NCBI GenBank assembly: GCA_964457845.1
Contig: CAYWHP010000006.1
Span: forward strand, 9,266 to 73,265
Reading direction: 5' to 3'
From: an uncultured Porphyromonadaceae bacterium
Lineage (GTDB): Bacteria; Bacteroidota; Bacteroidia; Bacteroidales; UBA12481
DNA: 64,000 nucleotides
In this document: one piece after another, positions 63,522-64,000 of the stretch
How the letters are laid out: each line of letters opens with the position of its first letter
How positions within the stretch are numbered: the first letter of the stretch is position 1
Made by a program: the position numbers and the translations under genes
Notes under the pieces: model-generated
The model's database searches: none
What the model was told of the DNA's origin: nothing
What the model saw: the letters and a program-made list of their open reading frames with translations, nothing else

Positions 63522-64000
63522 TTAAAACCTATACCCCACACTCACCCCCGGAAACAGCCAGAACCACTTTGTGGAGAACAAGGCGCCTTGTTCATCTGGA
63601 GCAAATATCGGGGTCCAGCCGATTCTGAAGTTGAATCCTTTTGGGGCCTGATACCGGTACATCACGCAGGCGTTCCCAAAAAGATAGGTCTCGCCCGGAG
63701 TATCGTTTTCCTTCTGATAGGAGAAAGTTACTCCTGCACCGACCTCGAGGCAGTGTCTGGTGCCAAAAACATAATTCACCTGCATCGGGATGAAGGTTAC
63801 AAAGTCTCCCCCACCCGCTTTCAGGACATTTCCCCCCAGCCGGATGCCCGGTCCATCGGGCCGGTTCAGAATCCGGGTATCAAAATTCACCGAATAAATC
63901 AGGCCGTTCCCCAGACCTTCGGCATAGACAACGGTTGACCGCTGGGCCTGAAGGGTAGTAAAAACTAAAAGAGCCCCGAATGAGAAGACTAATCTACGCA
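63522..64000 (-). CDS. small secreted protein, probably an outer-membrane beta-barrel; 5' end lies outside the window
   Basis: The frame stays open upstream of the track's GTG start and reads a signal-peptide-like ..LVFSFGALLVFTTLQAQ. There are alternating hydrophobic beta-strand patterns and a C-terminal aromatic residue (VGYRF). Confidence 0.6.
   Translation of the reverse strand, partial: RRLVFSFGALLVFTTLQAQRSTVVYAEGLGNGLIYSVNFDTRILNRPDGPGIRLGGNVLKAGGGDFVTFIPMQVNYVFGTRHCLEVGAGVTFSYQKENDTPGETYLFGNACVMYRYQAPKGFNFRIGWTPIFAPDEQGALFSTKWFWLFPGVSVGYRF

Overview
This window looks like a chromosomal segment from a Bacteroidota-type genome. The evidence is several TAnnTTTG -7 promoter boxes, a T9SS sorting domain, a FISUMP domain and TonB-dependent receptors. 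My hand counts of single 60-nt lines give about 48-57% GC in the regions sampled. Layout: (1) 1-18.1 kb is a 17-gene co-directional surface-polysaccharide operon. It encodes Wza/Wzc-like proteins, a Wzm/Wzt ABC exporter, ten glycosyltransferases, an acetyltransferase, a Wzy-like membrane protein and a cis-prenyltransferase paralogue. (2) 18.1-21.2 kb holds rnz and rpsA; the S1 protein carries unusual terminal extensions. (3) 21.3-29.7 kb holds a LysM-bearing chain-length-determinant paralogue and nucleotide-sugar genes (ugd, uxs, rfbA/C/D, phosphohexomutase). (4) 29.7-40.4 kb holds yjbQ, a RecD-like helicase, rsmD, two tandem M28 peptidases, and a lipoprotein plus TonB-dependent receptor pair. 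(5) 40.6-44.6 kb holds a double SGNH esterase, a lipoprotein and a Ser-type sulfatase. (6) 44.7-53.0 kb holds an RND efflux triad and an OmpR-type two-component system. (7) 53.0-57.6 kb holds a TPR-FISUMP-beta-propeller fusion protein, a ~2.9 kb low-GC islet with a DUF1016/PD-(D/E)XK nuclease, a sensor-less LytS-type kinase core and tRNA-Asp. (8) 57.7-64 kb encodes secreted or envelope proteins. I saw no rRNA, CRISPR array, transposase, integrase or phage genes. I do not see a clear-cut novel multi-gene system. The best candidates for follow-up are the prenyltransferase/polyprenyl-P glycosyltransferase module at the end of the glycan operon, the LysM-containing PCP paralogue, the low-GC islet next to tRNA-Asp, and a family of purine-rich word repeats placed just after stop codons. 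All family assignments come from motif recognition by eye, not from database searches.
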